Of a stretch of 59,028 nt of DNA, positions 27,601 through 35,975 are shown piece by piece (the stretch's first letter is position 1; each line of letters opens with the position of its first letter). Below the pieces are notes generated by a model that was given only the letters and a program-made list of their open reading frames with translations, made no database searches and was not told where the DNA came from. This DNA comes from Polyangiaceae bacterium (lineage in GTDB: Bacteria; Myxococcota_A; Polyangia; Polyangiales; Polyangiaceae), in the NCBI GenBank assembly GCA_050287085.1, contig JBNKBE010000019.1:1-59028 (forward strand). Direction: 5' to 3'. A program made the position numbers and the translations under genes.

Positions 27601-30540
27601 CGCATCGAGATTCACCCCAAGAGCCAATTCGGACTGGGGCCCCCCATGATTGAGCAACTGGAACTCCACCACGCCCCGTCCGCCCGCGGTGATCGGCTCG
27701 GGTATCGCTAGCGCGAGCTCGATACTCGTCACCTCCACCTCCGCCCTCGCCGGCTCGGCGCTCACCATCAAAGCGCCAACATTGCCACTCAGGTTGGATG
27801 TAACGTTTGAGATCACAGTGCCTGGCGCCACGGATCCGGGCAGCTCAAGAGCGACGTCGAAGGTGCAGCTAGCTCCCGGGGCCAGAGAGCCCCCGGACAG
27901 CGAAAGCACCTCCGTTCCCGAAAGCGTGGAACCGACCCCGCAGGCGCCCATTCGCGGTAGCCCCGTGGCTACAAGCCCTGTGAGGGCAGCCCCCAGGTCG
28001 TCGCTAAACGCCAAGCCCGTCGCCGTTTCGGTCGGATCGTTGTTTACGAGCGTGAAGCTCAGTGTCAATGGCTCTCCCACCTGCGTCGTCGTCGACGAAA
28101 AGGCCTTCTCGAAGCCGAGTCTGGCGACCACCCGAAGGAGGGCATTGGCACCGGGGAAGACAAGCGACGCTGAATCGAAGGTGGCGCTGGCGTTGCCCGT
28201 TTGCAGACTGTACTCGCCCACCAAGGCGTTGGTCGGAAGCAGCAACTCGACATCGAAGGTGCAGCTAGCCCCGGGAGGCAGTGTTCCACCGGACAGGAGC
28301 AGAGTGCTGGTTCCAGTCAAGATTGACCCAGAACCACACGGCTCGCTCGGAAGCGGGCCCGGCGCCGTGAGGCCGGCGAGTGCTTCCAGAAGGGGGGTAC
28401 TGAAACTGAGGTTCGTGAGGGCGCGAGTGCTATCTAGATTCTCGACGTTGAAACGCGCAACAACGGTATCGCCCGCCAGCGCCGCAGCAGGCATCAGCTC
28501 GACGCCCATTGCCAACCCCGCAACGACCAACGAGCTCGTGACACTAGGCCCCACCAGCGCGCGCCCGAGGGAAGTTGCACTGAGTGTACTCGTCGTGCTC
28601 CCGTGGGGACCTGGAGCCGCCGTGGAGGGAACCGTCAGCGCAACGCGAAACACACATTCTTCGCCAGCAGCCAGCGCCCCCCCAGCGAACGTCAGGGTAT
28701 CAACGCCGCTTAGGGTAGAGCCCGTACCACAGACGTCGGACATCGGAAGATTGGTCGCCACCAGTCCTGTAAGCGCGAGATCGAAGTCATCAGAGAACGC
28801 AATCCCCGTAGCCGCATCGGGCGCAGACTCCGACAATCCGAGTCGGTATTCCAACTCAACCGTAGACCCTGGAGCCACCGGACCATCGAGAAATGTCTTG
28901 CTCAGACGTGGGGGTGCGACGAACGTCAGAGCAGCCGACGCTCCGGGAAAGCTCTCGACGCGCCCCCCTAGGGTCGCCTTTACACGACCGGTCGGTAGCG
29001 TCTGCTCTCCGCTGTTCAGGCCGTCGGTGATCGGAATGTTCAGCTGGAGCGTGCAACCTTGCTCCCCCGCCAAACTTGGGACGCTGACAACTAGGTTCGG
29101 TCCACCAAAAGCTTCCTGAACGAATGCGCTGGAACCAGAGCCGCAGAAGTTCGTCACTGTGGAAATTGACCCAAACGCTCCGACGAGTGGCCAGGAGAAG
29201 GTGATACCAGTGGCCGTTCCAACGTCTGTATTGTCGAGCTGCAAGGTCGCCGTGACGGTGTCACCCGGCACCACAACCGACGGCTCAAACGCAAGGGAGA
29301 GCGAAGGCCCAGTGCTGACGCTCAAACCCGTGGACCCCTCCGACCAGATTCTTGGTGCGCCGCCGAGCTCGACCTCCACAGAACTCGTCACCAGCGCATA
29401 CGAGCCGCTGACCGCGCCAGCGGGAATGGCCAGCGGCACCGAGAACGTGCAGGCGTCGTCGGCCGCGACAGTGCCGCCCGAAAAGCTCAACACGCCCCCG
29501 ACGAATGAGAGGGCTGAGCCGACGCCACAGGGCGTAGACTCCAGGGCGCCAGACGGCGCAAGCCCGGCCAATGCCGCATCGAGATCGAGGTCAAATCCGA
29601 TGCTGGAAGCCTCCTCCCGCGCCAAGTTGTGAATCGTAAAGGCGAGCTCAGTGCTCTCGCCCGGTAAGACCAAGCCCGCAAGTCGGAGCTCCAGGTTTGG
29701 GACGGTGACATCCAGCACCGCTCCCGCACGTCCCACGGTCCCAGACAAGGTCGTCACTATCTCCGTGGTGCTGCCCAGAGCTCCACCGAAGACGGGCTCT
29801 ACATCCAGGCTGAGGCTGCAAGCGAAGCCAGCGTTCAAAACGGTAACCTGAACGCTCAAGGCGCTTTGCCCCGACTCTACCGACAGGTTGCTCGTAGCGC
29901 AGTCGCTAACGAGATTGAGCGGGCTCGCAAAACGAAGCCCATCGGGCAGATTGTCCTTGAGTAGGGTACCAAGCGCATTGCCGCCAGCTCGGGTGTTGTC
30001 GAGGTGGTACGTCAAGCGCGAGACTTCGCCCAGCTTGACGGCCGAGGGACTGAAGTCTTTCGTGATGCTCACCCGGTTATCAACGGTCAGCGTCGCGCCT
30101 GCAGAGCTGCCGATGCCAGCGTCTGAGCTGACAGTTGCAGGGCTCTTGGCATGGCTGCCGATGCTCGTTCCCGCAACGTCCAGCTCCACGGTGCAATTGC
30201 TCTGGCGCACGAGCCGAGCACCCGTGAGCGAGAACGCGGTAGCGCCATCGCTAGCGTCCAGCACGCCATTGACGCAGTCGGTCCAGGCGTTCGAAGGCGA
30301 AGCGATCACCAGCCCCACCGGCAAGGAATCCGTTAAAGCCACGTCGCTGACCGGATCCACGGAATCCCAATTGTACACCACGATGGTCAAGCGAGATTCG
30401 CTACCGAGTCCTATCGTCGTCGGTGAAAAGCTCTGAGTCAGGCCCGGAGCGGTCAGGGCATAGGCCTGCGGCGACAGACACAAGAACGCCCCACAAAGCA
30501 GCAGTCCCAGCACAATGCGGGCACGCGGAATACCAAACAT
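24625..30540 (-). CDS. 1971-aa surface protein with about 14 Ig-like (DUF11/DUF7933-like) repeats and a MYXO-CTERM-type anchor
   Basis: Signal peptide from ATG 30540; ~130-145-aa repeats K.F.P..V..G..L.F.I.N...F.D.L...CG.GS...GG.L..G..C.F.V; ends SGCGCSV, TM, RRRRG. Confidence 0.9.
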   Translation of the reverse strand: MFGIPRARIVLGLLLCGAFLCLSPQAYALTAPGLTQSFSPTTIGLGSESRLTIVVYNWDSVDPVSDVALTDSLPVGLVIASPSNAWTDCVNGVLDASDGATAFSLTGARLVRQSNCTVELDVAGTSIGSHAKSPATVSSDAGIGSSAGATLTVDNRVSITKDFSPSAVKLGEVSRLTYHLDNTRAGGNALGTLLKDNLPDGLRFASPLNLVSDCATSNLSVESGQSALSVQVTVLNAGFACSLSLDVEPVFGGALGSTTEIVTTLSGTVGRAGAVLDVTVPNLELRLAGLVLPGESTELAFTIHNLAREEASSIGFDLDLDAALAGLAPSGALESTPCGVGSALSFVGGVLSFSGGTVAADDACTFSVPLAIPAGAVSGSYALVTSSVEVELGGAPRIWSEGSTGLSVSTGPSLSLAFEPSVVVPGDTVTATLQLDNTDVGTATGITFSWPLVGAFGSISTVTNFCGSGSSAFVQEAFGGPNLVVSVPSLAGEQGCTLQLNIPITDGLNSGEQTLPTGRVKATLGGRVESFPGASAALTFVAPPRLSKTFLDGPVAPGSTVELEYRLGLSESAPDAATGIAFSDDFDLALTGLVATNLPMSDVCGTGSTLSGVDTLTFAGGALAAGEECVFRVALTVPSTAAPGPHGSTTSTLSATSLGRALVGPSVTSSLVVAGLAMGVELMPAAALAGDTVVARFNVENLDSTRALTNLSFSTPLLEALAGLTAPGPLPSEPCGSGSILTGTSTLLLSGGTLPPGASCTFDVELLLPTNALVGEYSLQTGNASATFDSASLVFPGANALLRVVARLGFEKAFSSTTTQVGEPLTLSFTLVNNDPTETATGLAFSDDLGAALTGLVATGLPRMGACGVGSTLSGTEVLSLSGGSLAPGASCTFDVALELPGSVAPGTVISNVTSNLSGNVGALMVSAEPARAEVEVTSIELALAIPEPITAGGRGVVEFQLLNHGGPQSELALGVNLDAALPGLAGQGLPLLQVCGSESMLQGSGGQVSLSKASLDAAGACSFSMVVEVPLGTAPGEYEVQTGYLVVGGLRVASPASATMTVLAPRFPPRFVAEYTPQVVNVGAPTTLTFTIDNSADPVAIDGLTFLASLPSGLKVAEPSLATTTCRSGNIVAVSGSNLIRLSNGKIDDGKDNCRVSVDVVAAAIGDYSHVTTLDTPFGPSAPTTSDLSVISAPTLTLSAAPALVQPGQVTTLTFSLAYPEGLTGDYNDIAFDLDLEAALAGAVAADLPLGAPCGLQSTVSGTSVVSLSGASLLSGESCSFTVDVKVPGGALAGDYPITTSLVSADLDGYAVESPPGEAALSVGGLVVSKSFAPEVVVADQDVVLRYQLSNTDDSREVTEIAFSDNLTDVTSGLASVTGVLPTPCGMDSVLSGTDEVSFSGGSLLPGETCQFDVRLHVPPTAPSGVYSSVTSAIAGQMGGLPLTGRPAAATLTVEAAVHLSKRFLAAAAPGATVPLEFTISNLHPSLAASEIAFSDDLDAALSGLIATTTPSGGDCGSASDLSGVSLLAFRGGALGSGESCTFSTLVQVPEDAALGGLIRNVTEPVSALLGGNRVIGTSATAEAQIGYLRFEGAFQDAGTPGGSVKLSFTIDNRDALQSVSGLGFALDLGIALPGLSADGAGRVDVCGAGSQLAGTNLLVFSGGVLPPSGSCTFDVPIGVPPDAPSGRYQTGSAELALGNGATGLRVQPELLVAAPPALELTFSPLDLFVGGSGELVMVVDNRRNPVPVGALQLDATLPSGLRVGQASTDCGMGTTSASGGVRLLLQDGRVSAGAECQVNFVVEADRAGAFVLGPFTVTSELGESRSGSVALAVAADPQAASDAGVAMPEPTAGADAGDGGNSPADDGPTDDDTTVGPGPSDNGAGSGPDASTGGSRGADDMSGGPRAQVADASTDAGSRVDAGDAGGQDAKRHDKSGCGCSVPGRRAPDHAPLLLACALGLLWTRRRRG

Positions 30541-30616
30541 GGACGGATCCTCCCGTAGGGTGACACCGCAGGCCCGACCGGACACAGCGGGACACGAGTT
30601 CTGCTCTTGGAGACGT

Positions 30617-31882
30617 TTAGCGACGTGACAACTTCTCGACCAGGCGCTCCAGCCTGTCGAGACGCTCTGAAAGCTCGTCATTCCGCAGCCGTAGCGACTT
30701 GTTCCGCTCTTCGAGCTTGGCATTGAGAGCCTGCACTGACGCCAGCGCAACGCCCGCTGCATCCAGCGCGGCCAAGTGCTGACCATCCGCTCCCAACCCG
30801 AAGGCCTCGCGGAAGTCTTCGGCCATGGGTCCCATGTGGTCGGCGCCGCTGGTATCAGCTTTATAGCCCCAACGATTGATCTGCAGACCGATTACCCGTG
30901 CGAGCACCTCTTCTTCGGTGACCGCTCGAATGCGATGCTTGGTGCGGCGACTCGACCCCTCGGATAACACCCCACCGATGGTGAGATTACCGCTCGCGCT
31001 GAGCGTCAGTGCAGCACCTGCAGCACCTGCCTCCGCCACGACGTACGCGCCCGCGCCATAGGTCTGCCGCCAGGTCTCACCGGCGTCGCTGTCTTGAAAG
31101 ACGTTCGCAACAGGGCCGTTGTTCGTAACCACTACACCAAAGCTCGTTTGCGCAGAGGTCGGCGTGGTATCGATCCGGATTCCAGCGCCCGCCAGTGGAT
31201 TGCTTCCGCTGCCTGACGCCCGCGCAATATGAAGAAATGCGGCCGGGGAATTGGTCCCCATGCCGACGTCGCCAGTGGTTGAAACATCCAGACTACTGCT
31301 CGGCGCACCCGCCGCTACGCGCAGCGGCAAGCGACTGCCCCCCGTTCGATCGCGCAGGAAGAAATTCGCCTCGTTGCCACCTAAGTCCCAGGCTTGCGGC
31401 GTGTACCCGCCGGAGGCGTCCTGCTCCAAGCGCAGGGTTGGCGTGTTGTTGCTCAGCGTATGAACTTCAACGAGTGGGGCCGCGGTACCGACACCGATGT
31501 TGCCGCTGGCGCCTACGACAAGGGCATTGCTGCTGGCCCCGGCTTCAACCACCAGCGGACTTGTTCCGGCATCGATGTCGTCGATGGAGAAACGGTTGGC
31601 TCCGCCATTCGTGCTATCGTTGGCGGTCAGTTGCCAGTCGTTGGTCGGAAATGCCGACGATGCGCTTGTGTCTACAAAACGAATTCGAAGGTTGTTCTCT
31701 TTCAATCGAATCGTATCGGCGCCAAAGATCTCACCATTGCTGCAGTCGACGCCAACGCATAGGCTGGCCAGTATGTCGACATCCTCGGTAATGACCTGGT
31801 CAGCCAACGCAACCGGAGCCAACGTTGCCGCAATCAATATCAGACTCCACTTGGTACCGACGTGTGTCCTAGCTCGTTTCAT
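30617..31882 (-). CDS. Secreted fibre-like protein with C-terminal peptidase S74 intramolecular chaperone
   Basis: Signal peptide; GNIGVGT/GDVGMGT repeats; SSRRTK..I...WGYK...HMGPMAEDFREAFGLG and terminal coiled coil. Confidence 0.88.
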   Translation of the reverse strand: MKRARTHVGTKWSLILIAATLAPVALADQVITEDVDILASLCVGVDCSNGEIFGADTIRLKENNLRIRFVDTSASSAFPTNDWQLTANDSTNGGANRFSIDDIDAGTSPLVVEAGASSNALVVGASGNIGVGTAAPLVEVHTLSNNTPTLRLEQDASGGYTPQAWDLGGNEANFFLRDRTGGSRLPLRVAAGAPSSSLDVSTTGDVGMGTNSPAAFLHIARASGSGSNPLAGAGIRIDTTPTSAQTSFGVVVTNNGPVANVFQDSDAGETWRQTYGAGAYVVAEAGAAGAALTLSASGNLTIGGVLSEGSSRRTKHRIRAVTEEEVLARVIGLQINRWGYKADTSGADHMGPMAEDFREAFGLGADGQHLAALDAAGVALASVQALNAKLEERNKSLRLRNDELSERLDRLERLVEKLSRR

Positions 31883-32715
31883 CGTGTTTGCTCCTCTACG
31901 CTGCGGCTGATTGAACCTTCGGACGCCAGTTCTGAAAGTGGAGTGATGATGCTCCCCTCGAATACTCGAAAGCTGCCTGTGGTGGCGCGCAACACAGACT
32001 TGTGAGCCCCTTCGGCCGCGCGCACTCGACCGTCCGCGTCCAAACTCATTCCGTCTACCGCGCCAGCTCGCGACAACTGGTAGCGCTCGGTCGGCCCTTT
32101 CGACGTGATCGCATGGGGAAGCCCTCCCCTGAACGCGCCACTAACCAGGACGCCATAGGGTGACAAGCGGAACTTGTAGAGCCCGTCGGACAGCTCACCA
32201 TCTGGACCGCGAGCGTCCACGGCAATGACCTCATCTGGCTGATGACGTGTGACGCGCTCGCTTCCGTCCGGACCAATGATCGTCAGGGCTACGGCTCTTA
32301 TGTCTTCATCAGCGGACGTGAGCTGCGCTCGAAATTCACTCGCCGTCAGCTCGATGGCAAACGTCGGATGTCGCTCGCTCAGCTCAGCCCTCGACTCAAC
32401 CTCCCGACTGCTACGAGCCAAGGGCAATGGCGCGTCCGGGTCGTCCGCGTCCGCTGCGACGGAGGCGGCGGTAGCGGGAAACGCCAGCGGCTCAGACTCG
32501 ACGCTTCGAGCCTCGTCGGGTGGCTGCTCCCCAAACCGCTGCTCCGCTCCCAAACAAGCGCTGAGCAGCCACGGGGCCATCACCCCGCAGACATAGACTC
32601 CAACGTTCTTGCCCGCACCGCACCGCTGCGCACCGCACCGCTGCGCACTGCGCTGCTTCGCACTGCGGCATGCCCCATGACGCGCAGTCCTAGCCCTCGC
32701 TTCGACTATCTTCAT
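31879..32715 (-). CDS. Hypothetical lipoprotein translationally coupled to the S74 fibre gene
   Basis: Lipobox LLSAC; LTIIGPDG..DGLYKFRL..GSFRV beta domain; ATGA overlap and GAGGAG RBS for the next gene; start uncertain. Confidence 0.7.
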   Translation of the reverse strand: MKIVEARARTARHGACRSAKQRSAQRCGAQRCGAGKNVGVYVCGVMAPWLLSACLGAEQRFGEQPPDEARSVESEPLAFPATAASVAADADDPDAPLPLARSSREVESRAELSERHPTFAIELTASEFRAQLTSADEDIRAVALTIIGPDGSERVTRHQPDEVIAVDARGPDGELSDGLYKFRLSPYGVLVSGAFRGGLPHAITSKGPTERYQLSRAGAVDGMSLDADGRVRAAEGAHKSVLRATTGSFRVFEGSIITPLSELASEGSISRSVEEQTR

Positions 32716-33694
32716 CGCACCAACCCCCTTGTGACGAGACGTGCCGGCAACGCTATCAGCAAAGCTGGGTCGCGCAAGGAGAAGCAGCCCCTCGAGACCG
32801 AACATTGTATCCTCAACTTCGTACTGTAAATACGCAGCCGGCATTCTCTGCGCATACTGTTATCAAACGCGCCCATCGTACCGCTAAGGGCGCCGCGACG
32901 AGCACGCCCGCCGCAGAGGCAGTGCTTGGCGTTGTAGGGCTTTCCCGTGCGTGGGCCCCAAGGCGCAGCGCACTCCCACGCCAAGAAGAGCATCCCCGTG
33001 CCGACGACCCAAGAAGCGGGTGGGTACCAAGCTCTGAGCACGCCTCTAGACCCAAAGCGTCGCTCCGCTGTGCTCAGGGCAGTAGCGGTATGTTGCGAGA
33101 CGACATGCCGCCAGACCTACGCCAACGTGCTTGCGTGTGCGCCGTCGTGTGCTGCTGGTGTTCGTTACCCGTCGCCCAATAGCCTCGATAGCTCCTGACC
33201 TCGGCGCCCCCCGGTAGTGGCCGCGCCAAGGGCGCGGCCGTAACGACCATGAGCCGCAAGGTGAAAAACGCCTCCCCGAGCCACGTGAGAAGCGTCCACA
33301 TTGAGCATGCGAGGGACACCATCGACAGGTCCGGTGCCACACGCAAGTTTGCCACCCGAGGCCCGTCGATAGAAAGGACCCAGCACGGTGTCGCGACGAG
33401 AAGAGACGTTGATCACTTACCCCGACATCGTAACAATGAGCACGAAAACACGGCTTGCCCCGTTTCGTGCCACGCCTGGAATTCACCCCCTAGAGCAACA
33501 GCCAGCTTCTGAGAATAGTTCTGGCCGCAAAGGCGGCTTACCCACTCCACGCCCTACACCAAGAACGGTGGGACGTGGGTGGTGAGTGCGTTACTTGTCC
33601 TAGCCTTGGGCTACATGGCAGCAGCACGCCATCGAGCGGCCAGTGTCCCGCGAGCGACGAACACGTTCTGGCCGTGAGAGCGCCCCAACGCTGT

Positions 33695-34210
33695 TCAGAA
33701 GAATACTCCCACTTCGAGGCCAACCGAGCCGTAGAAGTTGCTGACATCCTTGACCTCCACCAACGCGGCAATGCTGCCGCCTGGCAAGTCCTCCACGCTG
33801 CTTGCCACCGGCAGCGCGTAGCCTAAGCCAAGGGTGCCCCCAACAAGCAATGTTCCGAACTTCATGCGATAACCTGCCTCAACCTGGGGGACGACGAGCG
33901 TGACGTTGGTGGCCAACAACAGGGTGTCGCTCTCAGTACGCGACTGCAACAGCTCGACGACAAGCCCCAACGATAGCCCCGACAGCCCCGGCTGAAAGTA
34001 GCGCCGACCGCGGACTCCGACGCCATAGCTGAAGGCGAACTTCTCACCCGAATCGTCGTCCGGGAACATCGTCCTTGCCAGCATTCCGCCATCCAACCAC
34101 CGCCCGAACAGGCCAGCTGAGTACTCCCCGAGGGCGAGCTCTCCTCCCACGGTCGGGCCGAACATCAGTAGGCCAAGCGGATCCGCGTGCAGCGTGCCTC
34201 GGGGATGATT
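33695..34210 (-). CDS. Small outer-membrane beta-barrel-like protein, probably 5'-truncated
   Basis: DPLGLLMFGP..E, alternating beta strands, AGYR, terminal aromatic GVFF; no credible signal peptide or start. Confidence 0.55.
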   Translation of the reverse strand, partial: NHPRGTLHADPLGLLMFGPTVGGELALGEYSAGLFGRWLDGGMLARTMFPDDDSGEKFAFSYGVGVRGRRYFQPGLSGLSLGLVVELLQSRTESDTLLLATNVTLVVPQVEAGYRMKFGTLLVGGTLGLGYALPVASSVEDLPGGSIAALVEVKDVSNFYGSVGLEVGVFF

Positions 34211-34303
34211 ACTCCCAGTTGACTGTTCAGGGCAATATGCTCCTCTTTCTAAAGAGCGTTCGGCGTCATTGGACGCGTCGCGGCTGATGAGGTAACGTGA
34301 GTC

Positions 34304-34848
34304 ATGACTGGAGGTCTTGGTGCGGTAGTGGCATCTGCAGTGGTTGCCAGCATCGCGGTCGGCTGCAAGGAAATCACCGCATGCCCTGGTGTCACCGTGG
34401 GCGACCAGTTGGAGCTTGAACTGTACGAAGGTTCGGCGGGGCCGGGGTTCGACGAAAGGGTGACGGCCTGCGCGCAATGGGATTCGCAGAGGGCACCACG
34501 TTTCGCGGGACGATCACGGAAACCGCAGCCTATGAAGATTGTAGGGCCGGGGTACTCGAGCTCGAACAGATCGATGGTTGGAGCTACGAGTCAATGCCCC
34601 TGCTCGGCTTCAATGGTGGTGTCCCGCTTGTGGGCCGATATGTCACCACGAAAGATGAGTGTCGCGGTAACGTTAGGCTCAGACTCAGCGCGTCGGGTCA
34701 GGGCCTTGGCTGCGACGCATGAGGAGCTGATGGGGAGAGGTGCTCTCTCAGCGTGAGCGTGTCCCATGACGACTACGACAGCAACGGTGACGCCTGTCCT
34801 GCCCTCTGCGGCGCAGTTTTCGATTCAATGGTGACGCGCGTCGAGTGA
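34304..34848 (+). pseudogene. Cys-containing lipoprotein pseudogene
   Basis: Lipobox AVGC; frameshift near 34476; in-frame TGA at 34720-34722 followed by 41 more protein-like codons. Confidence 0.6.
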
Positions 34849-34851
34849 CCG

Positions 34852-34914
34852 GCACCACTTCCTGAAGCACCACTTCCTGGAGCACCACTTCCTGGAGCAC
34901 CACTTCCTGGAGCA
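34852..34914. repeat. 15-bp tandem repeat, 4 copies (GCACCACTTCCTGGA)
   Basis: Directly visible; no spacers. Confidence 0.95.
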
Positions 34915-35060
34915 GAGCGCTGCCGCTTCAGAAGCCCGACGGCAACGCGTCCCGCAGCTCTTGCCTGCGCACAGACCGCTCCGGGTTGCTGAGCTCCTGG
35001 CCCATCTTCTTGATACCTCTTCCATAGGTGACTCCGTTCAAGTCACCCTGATTGGTCAAG

Positions 35061-35915
35061 CTACACAGGTTGTCTTACAGCCTGGTCCTTGGGCATATCC
35101 ACTCGACGCATCACCCTTTGTATCAAGGGGCGGTTCGGAAGTGGAATTACCCAGGAAATAGCCTCCACCTCGATGCGCTCTCCATCGCCGCGAACATGGT
35201 GAAACGTAAACGGTTCGCTGTAGCTCCTGTCTACTACGCCATTGAATATGCCACGCAATTTGTCGGCGTCCTCAGCCGCGTGAATCTCCCAGACGGGTCG
35301 ATTGACCATACTCAGCGCTTCGCGGCCCAAGAGCTCTACGGCTTTGCGGTTGGCAAGTCGTACGAGTCCGGTGTCCTTGTCGATCAGAAGCATGGCTGCA
35401 GCCGCCAAATCAACGATAGCGTGGAAGTCGCCAACCTGGGTTGCCATCCGCTCGACGGCTTGGGAATGCTCGCGCGCGAGCTCAGCACGACTCCAACGCA
35501 GCTTGTCGAGTTCCGTCTTGGGCACGAGGCGAGGCACGACAGCCGGTCTTCCGTCGTCCATCGCAACCATGGTGAGAAAGCAGCTATTGGTGTGAAACGA
35601 CTTTGCCTCGCGGACGTTTCTGGCCTCCACTCGCACCCCGATTTGCATTGAGGTCCTCCCAGTATAGTTGACCTGGGCGTGCATCGTGACCAGATCCCCA
35701 ACGCGAACAGGATGCTTGAACAGAACGCGGTCCACTGAAAGCGTAACGCAGTACTTGCCACTGAAATTGGCTGCACAAGCATAGCCAACCTGGTCGATCA
35801 GACGCAGAATATGGCCCCCATGAACGTTGCCGCCAAAGTTGGCGAGCTCCGGAGTCATGAGGGTCACCGTACTAAGGCGGGTGTCTTCGGGGGTTAGGTA
35901 CTCGATTTCCGGCAT
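35061..35915 (-). CDS. HotDog acyl-CoA thioesterase fused to a C-terminal PAS domain
   Basis: ANFGGNVHGG, FKHPVRVGD, TGRTSM; then AMLLID..TG.VRLANRKAVELLG...HVRGDGERIEVE. Confidence 0.9.
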   Translation of the reverse strand: MPEIEYLTPEDTRLSTVTLMTPELANFGGNVHGGHILRLIDQVGYACAANFSGKYCVTLSVDRVLFKHPVRVGDLVTMHAQVNYTGRTSMQIGVRVEARNVREAKSFHTNSCFLTMVAMDDGRPAVVPRLVPKTELDKLRWSRAELAREHSQAVERMATQVGDFHAIVDLAAAAMLLIDKDTGLVRLANRKAVELLGREALSMVNRPVWEIHAAEDADKLRGIFNGVVDRSYSEPFTFHHVRGDGERIEVEAISWVIPLPNRPLIQRVMRRVDMPKDQAVRQPV

Positions 35916-35975
35916 TCGCTCCAACCACGCCACGCGAGGATCTTACGGCATTACGAGGCGGTCTGCGCCCTGAGC

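Noticed and set aside
27650..29119. 489-aa plus-strand ORF and similar long antisense ORFs (2082..2840, 46773..47357, 58027..58977)
   Set aside because: Shadow frames of well-supported genes on the opposite strand, with S/P/T/A-biased composition and no motifs.
30541..30786. N-terminal 82-aa extension of the 2053-aa ORF
   Set aside because: Overlaps the S74 gene end; a signal peptide starts at ATG 30540.
30617..31882. Prophage or tailocin remnant
   Set aside because: The fibre has a Sec signal peptide and there are no capsid, tail, baseplate or integrase genes nearby.
32850..33690. Several short overlapping ORFs
   Set aside because: No recognisable motifs, RBS or consistent coding signal; treated as intergenic or decayed.
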